This document shows, piece after piece, positions 11,225 to 22,079 of a DNA stretch of 49,354 bases. The stretch is from assembly GCA_052389395.1 (NCBI GenBank), contig JBQTHY010000034.1, positions 1-49,354 on the forward strand. The letters are read 5' to 3'. The position numbers and the translations under genes were made by a program. Source of the stretch: Nitrospiraceae bacterium (GTDB taxonomy: Bacteria > Nitrospirota > Nitrospiria > Nitrospirales > Nitrospiraceae). Each line of letters opens with the position of its first letter. Position 1 is the first letter of the stretch. The notes under the pieces are model-generated. The model was not told where the DNA came from. It was given only the letters and a program-made list of their open reading frames with translations, and made no database searches.

Positions 11225-11582
11225 GATTATTTCCAGTTGGCCTTGGTCTCATATCGCTTTCGATAAAAACCAGTCAAAGGGTTAAGAAACAAAACCGTGC
11301 CAGGAATAGTTTATCAGCACTCGGAGGAATAAGAAATTGGGCCTTGGATCATTTCCTGATGCCTTCTACAAGGGCGACAGGTTGGCGCAAGTCTTCCGCG
11401 AGTATTGGTCTCGAAGAAGTGGGCATTATGAACGTACTTGTTGTGCGGGTATGATAACAGGTTTCGCACGGTAGGGTCTCGGGCGTTGTCGTATCGAAAA
11501 ATGGGTGCCGTTCGCCGCTCCGTGCTGATAGGAGTATTTGAGCGTGAATGATTAGATATGGTGTCGGGCACCGCTTCAATGG

Positions 11583-11900
11583 CTAGAGTTCATCAAGTAG
11601 AGGCAGAATTTCTCGCGCGCCATGGATGATGCGGTAGACCAACACCGTCTTCCCGCGCACTTTGTAGAAAATCAAATAGTCCCCCACAACCAGGACTCGA
11701 TAGCCCATTCTCGCAAGTTTGGTGTCGGACGGCACTCTCCCGAGAAACGGATGTCTCCGCAGTCCCTGCAATCGCTTTTCGATCTGATCCATAATGGTGT
11801 GTGCCGCTGACAGATTCTCCGCTGCGAGATACTCGATAATGCCCAGGAAATCCTGCTCGGCAATGGAGAGGAGCCGAAGGGCGAACTTACTTGTTCGCAC
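11583..11900 (-). CDS. Type II toxin, RelE/ParE family
   Basis: AEQDFLGIIEYLAAENLSAA..HPFLGR..GYRVLVVGDYLIFYKV..VLVYRIIHGAR; overlaps the upstream antitoxin. Confidence 0.92.
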   Translation of the reverse strand: MRTSKFALRLLSIAEQDFLGIIEYLAAENLSAAHTIMDQIEKRLQGLRRHPFLGRVPSDTKLARMGYRVLVVGDYLIFYKVRGKTVLVYRIIHGAREILPLLDEL

Positions 11901-12159
11901 GGAGGCGAGCCCTCAGATCCTTCATGACACGACTGAGCGAGCGCCCACGATCGCCGGAGGCCACCTGTGCCTCGGCGACGGCAAGCTTTTCGTACAATTC
12001 GAGCCGCCGCTCCATCTTTCCATAATGCGCCAGCGACATGAGTACCATATCTCCTTCCCCGTTCTTGGTAATGAAGACAGGTTCGTCGCTGTTGTGGACC
12101 AACTCGGAAAGGCTGTTGGCCTTGTTTCTCAGGTCGGAAATCGGTTTGATGATCGGCAT
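11887..12159 (-). CDS. Type II antitoxin, Phd/YefM family
   Basis: MPIIKPISDLRNK..EPVFITKNGEGDMVLMS..Y signature; GGAGG SD before ATG 12159. Confidence 0.93.
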   Translation of the reverse strand: MPIIKPISDLRNKANSLSELVHNSDEPVFITKNGEGDMVLMSLAHYGKMERRLELYEKLAVAEAQVASGDRGRSLSRVMKDLRARLRANK

Positions 12160-12177
12160 GGAATCCTCCGTTGACAA

Positions 12178-12206
12178 CTATCATTAAAAGCACTTTATCA
12201 TGATAG
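12178..12206 (-). promoter_or_regulatory. Putative TA autoregulatory operator
   Basis: Perfect palindrome TATCATGATA (12196-12205) plus inverted pair CTATCAT (12178-12184)/ATGATAG (12200-12206), just upstream of the antitoxin. Confidence 0.5.
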
Positions 12207-12335
12207 ATCGGTTCCTGGCCATGGACATCGTCGTCTTGTGCCGGTGTCCTCGTTCTTAGCGAGCGCGACAGATGACAGTGACAGGATTGCCCAGGTTGCG
12301 GTATTGTAACGTCTCCCTAAGGGTGGATGACCTAC

Positions 12336-12944
12336 ATGATTGCGATCATCGACTACGGCATGGGCAACTTGCGGAGTGTCCACAAGGCCTTCGAGGCGGT
12401 GGGGCACCAGGCGATCGTCACGCGCGATGCGGCGTCGATCAAGAACGCCACCCACGTCGTGCTGCCCGGCGTGGGTGCTTTTGGTGATTGCATGGCAAAC
12501 CTGGCTCGCCATGGATTGATCGATCCCGTCCTGGAGACAATCCAATCAGGGAAACCGTTCCTGGGAATTTGCCTCGGGCTTCAGCTGCTGTTCACAGAAA
12601 GCGAAGAGTTCGGGACCCATAAGGGTCTCGGCATCATCCCCGGTCGGGTCCGGCGATTTGCGACCGATCATGCGCTGAAAGTTCCGCACATGGGGTGGAA
12701 TCAGGTCAACGACCAACGAAAGTGTCCATTATTCGAAGGGATTGCAGACGGGTCCTATTGGTACTTTGTTCACTCGTATTTCGTGGATCCTAACGACAAG
12801 CAGATCGCCGCCACGACGACGACCTACGGCATTCCGTTCGTGTCGAGTATCTGGAAAGACAATATTGTAGCCTGCCAGTTCCATCCGGAAAAGAGCCAGG
12901 CGGTTGGGCTGCGATTAATCAAGAATTTTGGAGCATGGAAATGA
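12336..12944 (+). CDS. hisH: Imidazole glycerol phosphate synthase glutaminase subunit
   Basis: IIDYGMGNLRSV, LPGVGAF, GICLGLQ, PHMGWN, QFHPEKS. Confidence 0.98.
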   Translation: MIAIIDYGMGNLRSVHKAFEAVGHQAIVTRDAASIKNATHVVLPGVGAFGDCMANLARHGLIDPVLETIQSGKPFLGICLGLQLLFTESEEFGTHKGLGIIPGRVRRFATDHALKVPHMGWNQVNDQRKCPLFEGIADGSYWYFVHSYFVDPNDKQIAATTTTYGIPFVSSIWKDNIVACQFHPEKSQAVGLRLIKNFGAWK

Positions 12945-13678
12945 TCGAACCGAGCACCAAGTGTTGGGCGATGCTCGCGGCGGGACTCACTGCGCTGATC
13001 ACAGTGGGCTGCAGCGGGGACAAAGTCACGACGAAGTCATCTGCGGAATTACCTCGATATCAGGTGCGTAAGATGGCACTGGTGCCGTTCACCTCGATTA
13101 CAACGCCGCAGGTGCGCGATCAAGGCGATCCGTATTTCTCAACGCCTCAGAGCGTCCGTGGGTCCGAAATGTCCTTCTCCATTCCGTCGAATGTGGAGCC
13201 GCCACCCCAGCAAACCGTCATAGTACCAGGCTACGCAGCAGAGAAGGTGACCCAATTGTTCTGGAAGCGCCTTCAATCCCGAGAGGGTGTTGAGGTATTA
13301 CCTCTCGGCGATTCGACCAAGGCCTTGTCGACGGATGAGAAACTCGCCAAGGCTACGCCGGAGACAGTCGCTGCCACTGTGGCGAAACGACTGAAGGCCG
13401 ATGCGGCATTGATCGGCCTCGTGTCGGTGTTTCAGGAGCGGGTCGGCGGCCGATTCGGGGCGAGTCCCCCAGCGTCCGTCGGCTTCGAGGTAAAAGCCGT
13501 GGCGGCGGACGGACAGGTGCTATGGGTTGGTAATTACTACGAGCGGCAGCGGCCCATGACTGAGGACTTCCTCGGTTTTCTGCAACGATGGGGGATGTTC
13601 GTGACGGCGGAGGAACTCGCGCGATTTGGTGTCGATGAGATGTTGAAAGAATTTCCGTTTGGTGCTGGAGGAGAGTAA
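12941..13678 (+). CDS. Putative lipoprotein (CsgG/LpoB/GNA1162-like fold suspected)
   Basis: Hydrophobic signal plus lipobox-like TVGC; KMALVPF and AKRLKADAALIGLV patterns; ATGA overlap with hisH. Confidence 0.75.
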   Translation: MIEPSTKCWAMLAAGLTALITVGCSGDKVTTKSSAELPRYQVRKMALVPFTSITTPQVRDQGDPYFSTPQSVRGSEMSFSIPSNVEPPPQQTVIVPGYAAEKVTQLFWKRLQSREGVEVLPLGDSTKALSTDEKLAKATPETVAATVAKRLKADAALIGLVSVFQERVGGRFGASPPASVGFEVKAVAADGQVLWVGNYYERQRPMTEDFLGFLQRWGMFVTAEELARFGVDEMLKEFPFGAGGE

Positions 13679-13682
13679 CCAC

Positions 13683-14408
13683 GTGCTTGTGATTCCTGCG
13701 ATTGATTTGAAGGACGGCCGTTGTGTCCGGTTGTGCCAGGGCGATATGGCGACGGAGACGGTGTATGCGGAGGACGTGTCGGCTGTTGCGTGGAAGTGGC
13801 AACAGGGCGGGGCAACCGTGATCCATGTGGTCGATCTCAACGGAGCGGTCGATGGCGAACCTCAAAATGTGCCGCAGATCGAAGCCGTCATCAAGGCGGT
13901 GAGCGTGAAGGTGCAGGTGGGCGGAGGGATCAGGACAATCGACACGGTGCGTCGCTATCTCAACGGCGGTGTGTCGCGCGTGGTGCTTGGAACAGCGGTG
14001 TTGACGGATCGGAAGTTTCTTGAACAAGCGTGTAAGGAATTCCCACGCCGCATCCTGCTGGGACTCGATGCTCGCGACGGCAAGGTAGCGGTGAGGGGTT
14101 GGAGAGCGGTCTCGGGTACCAACGCTGTTGATCTACTCAAAGACGTGTCAGGGTGCGAGATCGGTGCGGTGATCTATACCGACATCTTGCGGGACGGGAT
14201 GCTCGGTGGTCCTAATCTCGCCGCGTTGATAGAAGTGGTTGAGTATTCGCCATTCCCGGTTATCGCGTCGGGCGGTATCACGCGGGTCGATGACCTTCTC
14301 GCGATCAGATCACTTGGTCCCAAGATAGAAGGGGCGATCGTCGGCAAAGCCCTCTACGATGGAAAGCTGGATTTTCGGACCGCTATCGCGGCCCTCCATG
14401 ACCCGTAA
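13683..14408 (+). CDS. hisA: ProFAR isomerase
   Basis: VIPAIDLKDGRCVRL.QG, HVVDLNGA, QVGGGIR, YTDI.RDGML.GPN, IASGG, GKALY; GTG start with GGAGGAG SD. Confidence 0.98.
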   Translation: MLVIPAIDLKDGRCVRLCQGDMATETVYAEDVSAVAWKWQQGGATVIHVVDLNGAVDGEPQNVPQIEAVIKAVSVKVQVGGGIRTIDTVRRYLNGGVSRVVLGTAVLTDRKFLEQACKEFPRRILLGLDARDGKVAVRGWRAVSGTNAVDLLKDVSGCEIGAVIYTDILRDGMLGGPNLAALIEVVEYSPFPVIASGGITRVDDLLAIRSLGPKIEGAIVGKALYDGKLDFRTAIAALHDP

Positions 14409-14483
14409 GGCGGAAGGGGTGAGGTATGGGGTGAGTGCCCGAATAGAGTCGTGTTGTTCACGTTTCGCGCTTCGTGGGTTGTT

Positions 14484-15266
14484 ATGTTGACCAAGCGCAT
14501 TATTCCCTGCCTCGATGTCAAAGATGGCCGCGTGGTCAAGGGTGTGAGCTTCGTGAATCTCCGTGATGCGGGTGATCCGGTCGAAGTCGCGGCGGCCTAC
14601 GATCGCGAGGGGGCGGACGAACTGTGCTTTCTCGACATTACAGCCTCGCATGAAAACCGGAAGACGATCATCGATGTCGTCGAACGGACGGCCGCGCGTG
14701 TATTCATACCGGTAACGGTCGGCGGCGGAGTGCGGACGCTCGATGACATTCGGGCTCTATTGAACGCTGGGGCAGACAAGGTCAGCATCAACACGGCGGC
14801 GGTGCAGCGGCCCGAGTTCGTGAGAGAAGCGGCACAGCGGTTCGGCACGCAATGCATCGTAGTGGCGATCGACGCGAAGCGGGGGCTGGCGCCCGGTCGG
14901 TGGGAAGTCTTCACGCATGGTGGACGGAAATCGACGGGGCTCGACGTGGTCGAATGGGCCAAGAGGATGGAAGGTTATGGCGGGGGCGAGATCTTGTTGA
15001 CCAGTATGGATCAGGACGGCCAGCAAAGTGGCTATGATCTCGGTTTGACGGCCGCCGTGTCCGGAACAGTCTCGATTCCAGTGATTGCGTCGGGGGGAGT
15101 CGGGACGCTTGAGCACCTCTATGACGGGTTTGCCCAGGGGAAAGCAGATGCGGTACTAGCCGCTTCGATTTTCCACTTCCGAACCTTTACGATTCCGCAG
15201 GCGAAGGCATATTTGAGCGAGCGCGGTATCCTAGTACGATCTGAGCGCGCAGCACAGGCGACATGA
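14484..15266 (+). CDS. hisF: Imidazole glycerol phosphate synthase cyclase subunit
   Basis: [45 protein letters not shown]. Confidence 0.99.
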   Translation: MLTKRIIPCLDVKDGRVVKGVSFVNLRDAGDPVEVAAAYDREGADELCFLDITASHENRKTIIDVVERTAARVFIPVTVGGGVRTLDDIRALLNAGADKVSINTAAVQRPEFVREAAQRFGTQCIVVAIDAKRGLAPGRWEVFTHGGRKSTGLDVVEWAKRMEGYGGGEILLTSMDQDGQQSGYDLGLTAAVSGTVSIPVIASGGVGTLEHLYDGFAQGKADAVLAASIFHFRTFTIPQAKAYLSERGILVRSERAAQAT

Positions 15267-15270
15267 CCTC

Positions 15271-15939
15271 ATGAGCCAGACCATTATGGAGGGCTTCAAG
15301 TTCGACGACCAAGGCCTTGTCCCGGCCGTCATTCAGGATTGGCTGGACGGGACGGTACTCATGCTCGGCTATATGAACCAGGAGGCGATTGCGAAGACGC
15401 TCGCCACGAAGTCGGTACACTTCTGGAGTCGGTCGCGCAAGAAGCTCTGGGAAAAAGGTGAAACGTCGGGCCATAAACTTCACGTGAAGGAACTCTTCGT
15501 CGACTGCGACCATGACACCATTCTGGTGAAAGCCCACCCGATCGGGCCAACGTGTCACACGGGCGAACGTGCCTGTTTCTTTTCAAGGCTCGACGAGCAG
15601 GGCCGGATCGCTGGGCCGAAGACACAGGACGCTTTCGGGGGAATTCTCGAAGGGGTCCTGCGCACGATTCGGGATCGCCGCGCGAATCCGCAAGCCGGTT
15701 CCTACACGACGAAGTTGTTCGAGGGAGGTCACGACAAGATTCTCAAGAAAGTCGCGGAAGAAGCCGGAGAAGTGTTGCTCGCGTCAAAAGCTGGCAAGAG
15801 GGAGGAGATCGTCTACGAAATAGCTGATCTGTTTTTTCACACGTTGATGGTCCTGGGCTATCACGATGTGGCGCTCCAGGAGATTTACCAGGAATTGGGG
15901 AAGCGGTTCGGCAAATCCGGACTCAGGCCGGAGAAGTAA
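15271..15939 (+). CDS. hisIE: Bifunctional phosphoribosyl-AMP cyclohydrolase / phosphoribosyl-ATP pyrophosphatase
   Basis: WSRSR..LWEKGETSG, DCDHD, CHTG..CF, then SYTTKLF..KKVAEEAGE..EIADLFFH. Confidence 0.97.
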   Translation: MSQTIMEGFKFDDQGLVPAVIQDWLDGTVLMLGYMNQEAIAKTLATKSVHFWSRSRKKLWEKGETSGHKLHVKELFVDCDHDTILVKAHPIGPTCHTGERACFFSRLDEQGRIAGPKTQDAFGGILEGVLRTIRDRRANPQAGSYTTKLFEGGHDKILKKVAEEAGEVLLASKAGKREEIVYEIADLFFHTLMVLGYHDVALQEIYQELGKRFGKSGLRPEK

Positions 15940-15954
15940 GAGAAGGAGGCTGGA

Positions 15955-16299
15955 GTGAGCTCCTGTATCTTCTGTCGGATCATCGAAGGAAGCATCCCTG
16001 CCAAGATGGTATATGAGGACGAACACACCTTTGCGTTTGACGATGTCAACCCGCAAGCTCCAGTTCATACCCTGGTTGTTCCCAAGCGACACGTGGAGTC
16101 CGTGAAAGACCTGGGTGAATCCGACGAGGCGCTGATGGCTCGGCTGTTGCTGACCTGCGCTCGAGTCGCGAAGGACAAGGGACTCTCTGAACGCGGTTTT
16201 CGTCTCGTTGCGAACACGGGACGAGATGGAGGGCAGACAGTGTTCCACCTGCATTTCCATGTCATGGGTGGGCGTCACATGACCTGGCCTCCCGGCTGA
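15955..16299 (+). CDS. Histidine triad (HIT/Hint) nucleotide-binding protein
   Basis: CIFCRI, PQAPVHTLVVPK, GQTVFHLHFHVMGG, WPPG. Confidence 0.95.
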   Translation: MSSCIFCRIIEGSIPAKMVYEDEHTFAFDDVNPQAPVHTLVVPKRHVESVKDLGESDEALMARLLLTCARVAKDKGLSERGFRLVANTGRDGGQTVFHLHFHVMGGRHMTWPPG

Positions 16300-16315
16300 C
16301 CGACTCCCTCCGCAA

Positions 16316-16345
16316 TTGACAGGCTTCAAACCCGTCTGTTAGGCT
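16316..16345 (+). promoter_or_regulatory. Putative promoter of dnaG-rpoD
   Basis: TTGACA (16316-16321), 18 nt, TG-extended TAGGCT (16340-16345). Confidence 0.45.
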
Positions 16346-16423
16346 GCTGGATCAATCTTTTCGATTACTTATGCGAACGACCGGTCCGGCCACGCCGGCG
16401 GGTGGGAAAGGGCTTCGACTCTC

Positions 16424-18268
16424 ATGGGCCGTGGTTTGATTTCTGACGAGATGATCGATCAGATCAGGGACCGGGTCGATATCGCCGAGATTGTCAGTCA
16501 ACACGTCTCCATGACCAAAGCGGGCCAGAACTTCAAGGGCCGCTGTCCCTTTCATCTGGACAAGACCCCTTCCTTCACTGTGAGCCCGTCAAAGCAGATC
16601 TTTCATTGTTTTGGCTGCGGCGCAGGCGGCAGTGTGTTTACCTTTCTGACTCGGATCACCGGTGCGAGTTTTCCGGAAGTCGTGCGGGACCTTGGCCGGA
16701 AGGTGGGGGTCGAAATCCAGGAGACAACCGGGTCCGGTCTGCAGACGGCGCAACTCGCGCGGATCGAACAGGTGAATCAGGCGGCAGCTGCCTGGTTTCA
16801 AAAGCATCTTCAAAGCGAAAAGACCGGAGAGCCGGCCAGGCGCTATCTGGCAGAGCGCGGGATTCATGAGGCCACGATCGCGCGATTCCAAATCGGGTCG
16901 GCTCAGACCGAATGGGACAGCCTGGTGAAGGCCCTTACAGCGCAAGGTATGGCCGAAAGCGACCTTGTTGCAGCCGGTCTGGTGGTCGCGCGTGATCAGG
17001 CCGGTGGCGGGTCGCGGAAGGGATCGACCGGGTTTTACGACCGGTTCCGGGCTCGCGTGATGTTTCCCATCACCGATCTGCGGAAACGGATCGTTGGCTT
17101 CGGGGGTCGCACCCTAGGCGACGGGACACCGAAATATCTCAATTCTCCCGATACAGCGCTCTTCAGAAAGGGGCAGACCTTGTTCGCCCTGGATCAGGCC
17201 CGGGATGCGATCGCGCGGACGAAGACCGCCATCGTCGTCGAGGGCTACTTTGACGCGATCGCGCTTCATCAGGCCGGGGTTACGCATACGGTCGCGACAC
17301 TAGGTACCGCCCTGACTCCTGAACATATTCAGGTCCTGCGGCGGTTTGCCGTCAACGTGGTGTTACTGTTCGATCCTGATGCGGCAGGCGTGCGGGCTGC
17401 GCTGAGAGGGTTGGATCTCTTTGTGAATAGTGGTCTGGGCGTCAAAGTCATTACGCTTCCATCTGGAGATGATCCCGATACCTTTGTACGGAGGGAGGGG
17501 CCCGGCGCGTTTGCCCGGTTGGAAGAACTCGCCCCGAGCCTCCTGGACTACGCGCTCGACCATAGTATGAAAAAGGCCGAAGCCGGCTCCTTGGAAAGTC
17601 GTATCCGCAGCGTGGATGAAGTGCTGCGCATTCTTCAAAAGAGCGGGCATCCGATTGAACGGGAGGAGCGCATAAGGGTCGTGGCGGAACGGTTGGGGAT
17701 CAATCAATCTCGCCTGATCGAGCGGTATCCGGCGCTTTTGATTCAGCAGAAAAAACGTGTTGCGGCTCCACGAGATCAGACCAACCAGGGCTCATCGTTT
17801 CCCGACTTCAAGGGGTTGGCGGAGGAACGGGATCTCGTCTTGCTGCTGTTGCACGGCAAGTTGTCGCCGGCCGATGTTCGACGCTTGAGGCCGGAATTGT
17901 TTACGGTTACGGCGTGCCGAAAGCTCGTGCACTTGGCGCTCGCGCATCTGGATAGGGACGGACGCATCGGTGTCAGGCCGTTATTGGATGCGGCGGTGGA
18001 TGATCCAGAATGCGGCGCGTTGGCGACGGAGTTGTCGCTTCGCGACGATCATTTTGATGATGCGCCGGCGCACATCAAGGCCTGTTTGGAGTGTCTTGAC
18101 CGAAAGCGAGCGGAGCAGGAGCTTCGAGACCGCATCGCCCAACTGAAGGCGGCTGAGCGTGAGGGACGGGTGGAAGACGCGCGTGCCCTGAACGTGCAGG
18201 TCAACGAATTGCGAATGAAGAAAGCTGGCATGCCGGCCGCCGGTGTCGTTTCATTGGTAAAGGAGTAG
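16424..18268 (+). CDS. dnaG: DNA primase
   Basis: CPFH..KTPSF..CFGC Zn finger, YDRFR.RVMFPI, KYLNSP, VEGYFD, FDPDAAG, DPD TOPRIM motifs. Confidence 0.98.
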   Translation: MGRGLISDEMIDQIRDRVDIAEIVSQHVSMTKAGQNFKGRCPFHLDKTPSFTVSPSKQIFHCFGCGAGGSVFTFLTRITGASFPEVVRDLGRKVGVEIQETTGSGLQTAQLARIEQVNQAAAAWFQKHLQSEKTGEPARRYLAERGIHEATIARFQIGSAQTEWDSLVKALTAQGMAESDLVAAGLVVARDQAGGGSRKGSTGFYDRFRARVMFPITDLRKRIVGFGGRTLGDGTPKYLNSPDTALFRKGQTLFALDQARDAIARTKTAIVVEGYFDAIALHQAGVTHTVATLGTALTPEHIQVLRRFAVNVVLLFDPDAAGVRAALRGLDLFVNSGLGVKVITLPSGDDPDTFVRREGPGAFARLEELAPSLLDYALDHSMKKAEAGSLESRIRSVDEVLRILQKSGHPIEREERIRVVAERLGINQSRLIERYPALLIQQKKRVAAPRDQTNQGSSFPDFKGLAEERDLVLLLLHGKLSPADVRRLRPELFTVTACRKLVHLALAHLDRDGRIGVRPLLDAAVDDPECGALATELSLRDDHFDDAPAHIKACLECLDRKRAEQELRDRIAQLKAAEREGRVEDARALNVQVNELRMKKAGMPAAGVVSLVKE

Positions 18269-18270
18269 TC

Positions 18271-20100
<1,830 letters not shown>

Positions 20101-20122
20101 GTCCCGGGTGGGTGCCGCCTGA

Positions 20123-20151
20123 TTTGACTCCGTCTGGAGGTCAGCCTAGAA
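20123..20151 (+). promoter_or_regulatory. Promoter of the tRNA gene
   Basis: TTGACT, 17 nt, TAGAAT. Confidence 0.65.
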
Positions 20152-20208
20152 TCGATGACCCGCATGGCGTTATGGCGGCGTAACTGGTGTCATCAAGAGC
20201 ACCTGATC

Positions 20209-20285
20209 GGGCCCATAGCTCAGGTGGTTAGAGCGGCTGACTCATAATCAGCTGGTCCTAGGTTCAAGTCCTAGTGGGCCCACCA
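20209..20285 (+). tRNA. tRNA with CAT anticodon, most likely tRNA-Ile2 (lysidine-modified)
   Basis: GGGCCCA/TGGGCCC acceptor stem, TAGCTCAGGTGGTTAGAGC D-arm, GCTGA-CTCATAA-TCAGC anticodon arm, GGTTCAAGTCC T-arm, encoded ACCA; G1-C72 paired, so not an initiator. Confidence 0.93.
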
Positions 20286-20347
20286 GGCCGAGAGTGTGCC
20301 AGGCGCTCCCTCAGATGACGCGGTTCCGCCCAGAGAGAAAGGACACG

Positions 20348-21121
20348 TTGAATCAAAAGCTCTCTCCACTCATCGAATTGCAAAAAGTCGATCTCCGTAT
20401 AATCGAGATCAATGAGTTCCGTCGAAAAATCCCCGAACGTCTTCATGCCGTCGAACTCCCACTTCGAGACGCCACACAGCTTCTGAGCAGTACGACGGCC
20501 GCCGTTGAGGTAGCGGTCAAAGAGCGGCGTTCCTATGAGAAAGATCTGGAAGTACACGAGGCGCAGACGGACAAGATGAAGTCGCGCTTGTCGGAATTGA
20601 AAACGAATAAGGAATATCAGGCGCATCTGTTTGAGATCGAACTAGCGAACAAGAAACGCGGAGACATTGAAGAGAACATTCTCGTCTGTATGGAAAAGAT
20701 TGATCAACTGCAGCGCACGGAGAAGGAAATTCAGGAAAAGGTAAGGAGCTTGGAGACCGTATTTGCTCAGGAGAAAAAGGTGCTTGACCAACAGGATCAC
20801 GCACTTGCCGCAGAACTGGCACAATTGGAAGCGCGGCAGAGAGAGGCGTCGGCGCAAGTGGAGAAGAGTCTCCTGGAGCGGTATAAGCAGATTAAGGCGG
20901 CGCGAAAAGATCAGGCCCTCGCGGCGGTTCGCGGCGGAATCTGTGGCGGCTGCCGTCTCCAAATTCCTCCGCAGCTCATTGCTGAAGTCAAACGCTCCGA
21001 GGATCTCCATGTGTGCCCCTACTGCCGCCGGATGTTGTATTGGGAGGGGGAACCGGTCGTGGAAGCTCCGTCCGTGTCCGGAAGCAAGTCGGCGGACCTT
21101 GAGGTCGGGGAATCGGTCTAA
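20348..21121 (+). CDS. Coiled-coil C4 zinc-ribbon protein (CT398/HP0958-like)
   Basis: LIELQKVD, KTNKEYQA..EIE, long coiled coil, CGGC..IPPQ..CPYCRRMLY; TTG start after a GAAAGGA SD. Confidence 0.9.
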   Translation: MNQKLSPLIELQKVDLRIIEINEFRRKIPERLHAVELPLRDATQLLSSTTAAVEVAVKERRSYEKDLEVHEAQTDKMKSRLSELKTNKEYQAHLFEIELANKKRGDIEENILVCMEKIDQLQRTEKEIQEKVRSLETVFAQEKKVLDQQDHALAAELAQLEARQREASAQVEKSLLERYKQIKAARKDQALAAVRGGICGGCRLQIPPQLIAEVKRSEDLHVCPYCRRMLYWEGEPVVEAPSVSGSKSADLEVGESV

Positions 21122-21419
21122 TCCGCATTATTCATGACGGTTCGTCGCGAAATCGTCGAGTCGCGTTGCGAGACGGGCAAGCACAGCCGTGAAGGAGGGA
21201 GGCGTACTCGTGCAGTACGTTGACCGACTGAGGGGCGAGCACACTCGCCGGGACGCCGGGCCGACCCGCGTCCAGGCGCGTCGCCCCCGCGCTTGCGAGG
21301 TCGAGCGCCCTTCGTTTAATCTTGGCGCGAGGGGGAGTCACCTTCTGGTTCTCCAGCAACCTTCTGAATCAATGCTTATCGGCGATTGCCGCAGAAGCGT
21401 TCATGGATAATGCGGATTA
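21119..21419. mobile_element. MITE-like element with TA-anchored terminal inverted repeats
   Basis: TAATCCGCATTATTCATGA at the left vs TCATGGATAATGCGGATTA at the right (18/19 match, imperfect extension to ~40 bp); fills the whole intergenic space; no credible ORF. Confidence 0.7.
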
Positions 21420-22079
21420 AGTCAGGCCCGCCAGCACGGCTTGTGTGGTTTTGAAGTGCAGTTTGGCCACCGAGTCCAGTCGTTCCCGTCCATGTTTTTT
21501 GATTACCATGCGTGCGGCGAGCTCGACTGCCGGTGAGGCGCCTTTCGGCAGCGCGGTGCCGACCTCGTCGGAGAGGCGCTTCAGGCGTAGCAGGAACTCA
21601 GCCCGAGCCAGAATCGAGGCGGCCGCTACGGCCAAGTCTGATTCCGCTTTGGTCCGCTGCTCCAGGACGATCTTCCGTCCCTTTTCTTGAAGAGCGTTCA
21701 AGATAAATCGCTCGTCGCCGAACTGGTCGGCGATGGCTCGGCCGCACGATACCTGTTCGAGGAGATTCTCCAGCGCACGGGCGTGGCCCCAGGCGAGGAG
21801 ACGATTGAGGTTCCTGATCTTTGCATACAGTTCGTTATATTTGTGCGGTCCGATGGCAACGATGCTGTGAGGGCAAATCGTGCAAATGTCGGGCGCCATT
21901 TCCAGAATACGGCCGTCGGAAATCTTCTTGCTGTCCCGCACCTCCATGATGGCCAATTCGCCCTGAGTGGTCACGTCGACAAATACGGCAGCGATGACGA
22001 GGGGGCCGAAGTAGTCCCCTTTCCCGGATTCGTCGATGCCAATGCGTTCAATCGCGCGTGGTGGACGTCGTGGAGTCAC
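21417..22079 (-). CDS. rnhC: Ribonuclease HIII (catalytic domain only)
   Basis: IGIDESGKGDYFGPLV, DSKK, DQF, KAES..AVAAASILAR, LPKGA, AKLHFKTT. Confidence 0.9.
   Translation of the reverse strand: MTPRRPPRAIERIGIDESGKGDYFGPLVIAAVFVDVTTQGELAIMEVRDSKKISDGRILEMAPDICTICPHSIVAIGPHKYNELYAKIRNLNRLLAWGHARALENLLEQVSCGRAIADQFGDERFILNALQEKGRKIVLEQRTKAESDLAVAAASILARAEFLLRLKRLSDEVGTALPKGASPAVELAARMVIKKHGRERLDSVAKLHFKTTQAVLAGLT

Noticed and set aside
11300-11580. Small ORFs 11314-11571 and 11349-11579 downstream of the toxin
   Set aside because: No SD, motif or recognisable composition; left as unexplained islet DNA.
10091-12335. Integron cassette array (TA, GNAT and small secreted ORF in one orientation)
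   Set aside because: No convincing attC sites (RYYYAAC...GTTRRRY) and no integrase seen.
14404-14476. Degenerate G-rich heptamer repeats between hisA and hisF
   Set aside because: Too degenerate to define units confidently.
20286-21118. Integrative element at the tRNA 3' end
   Set aside because: No duplicated tRNA 3' end or integrase; a conserved housekeeping-type gene follows.
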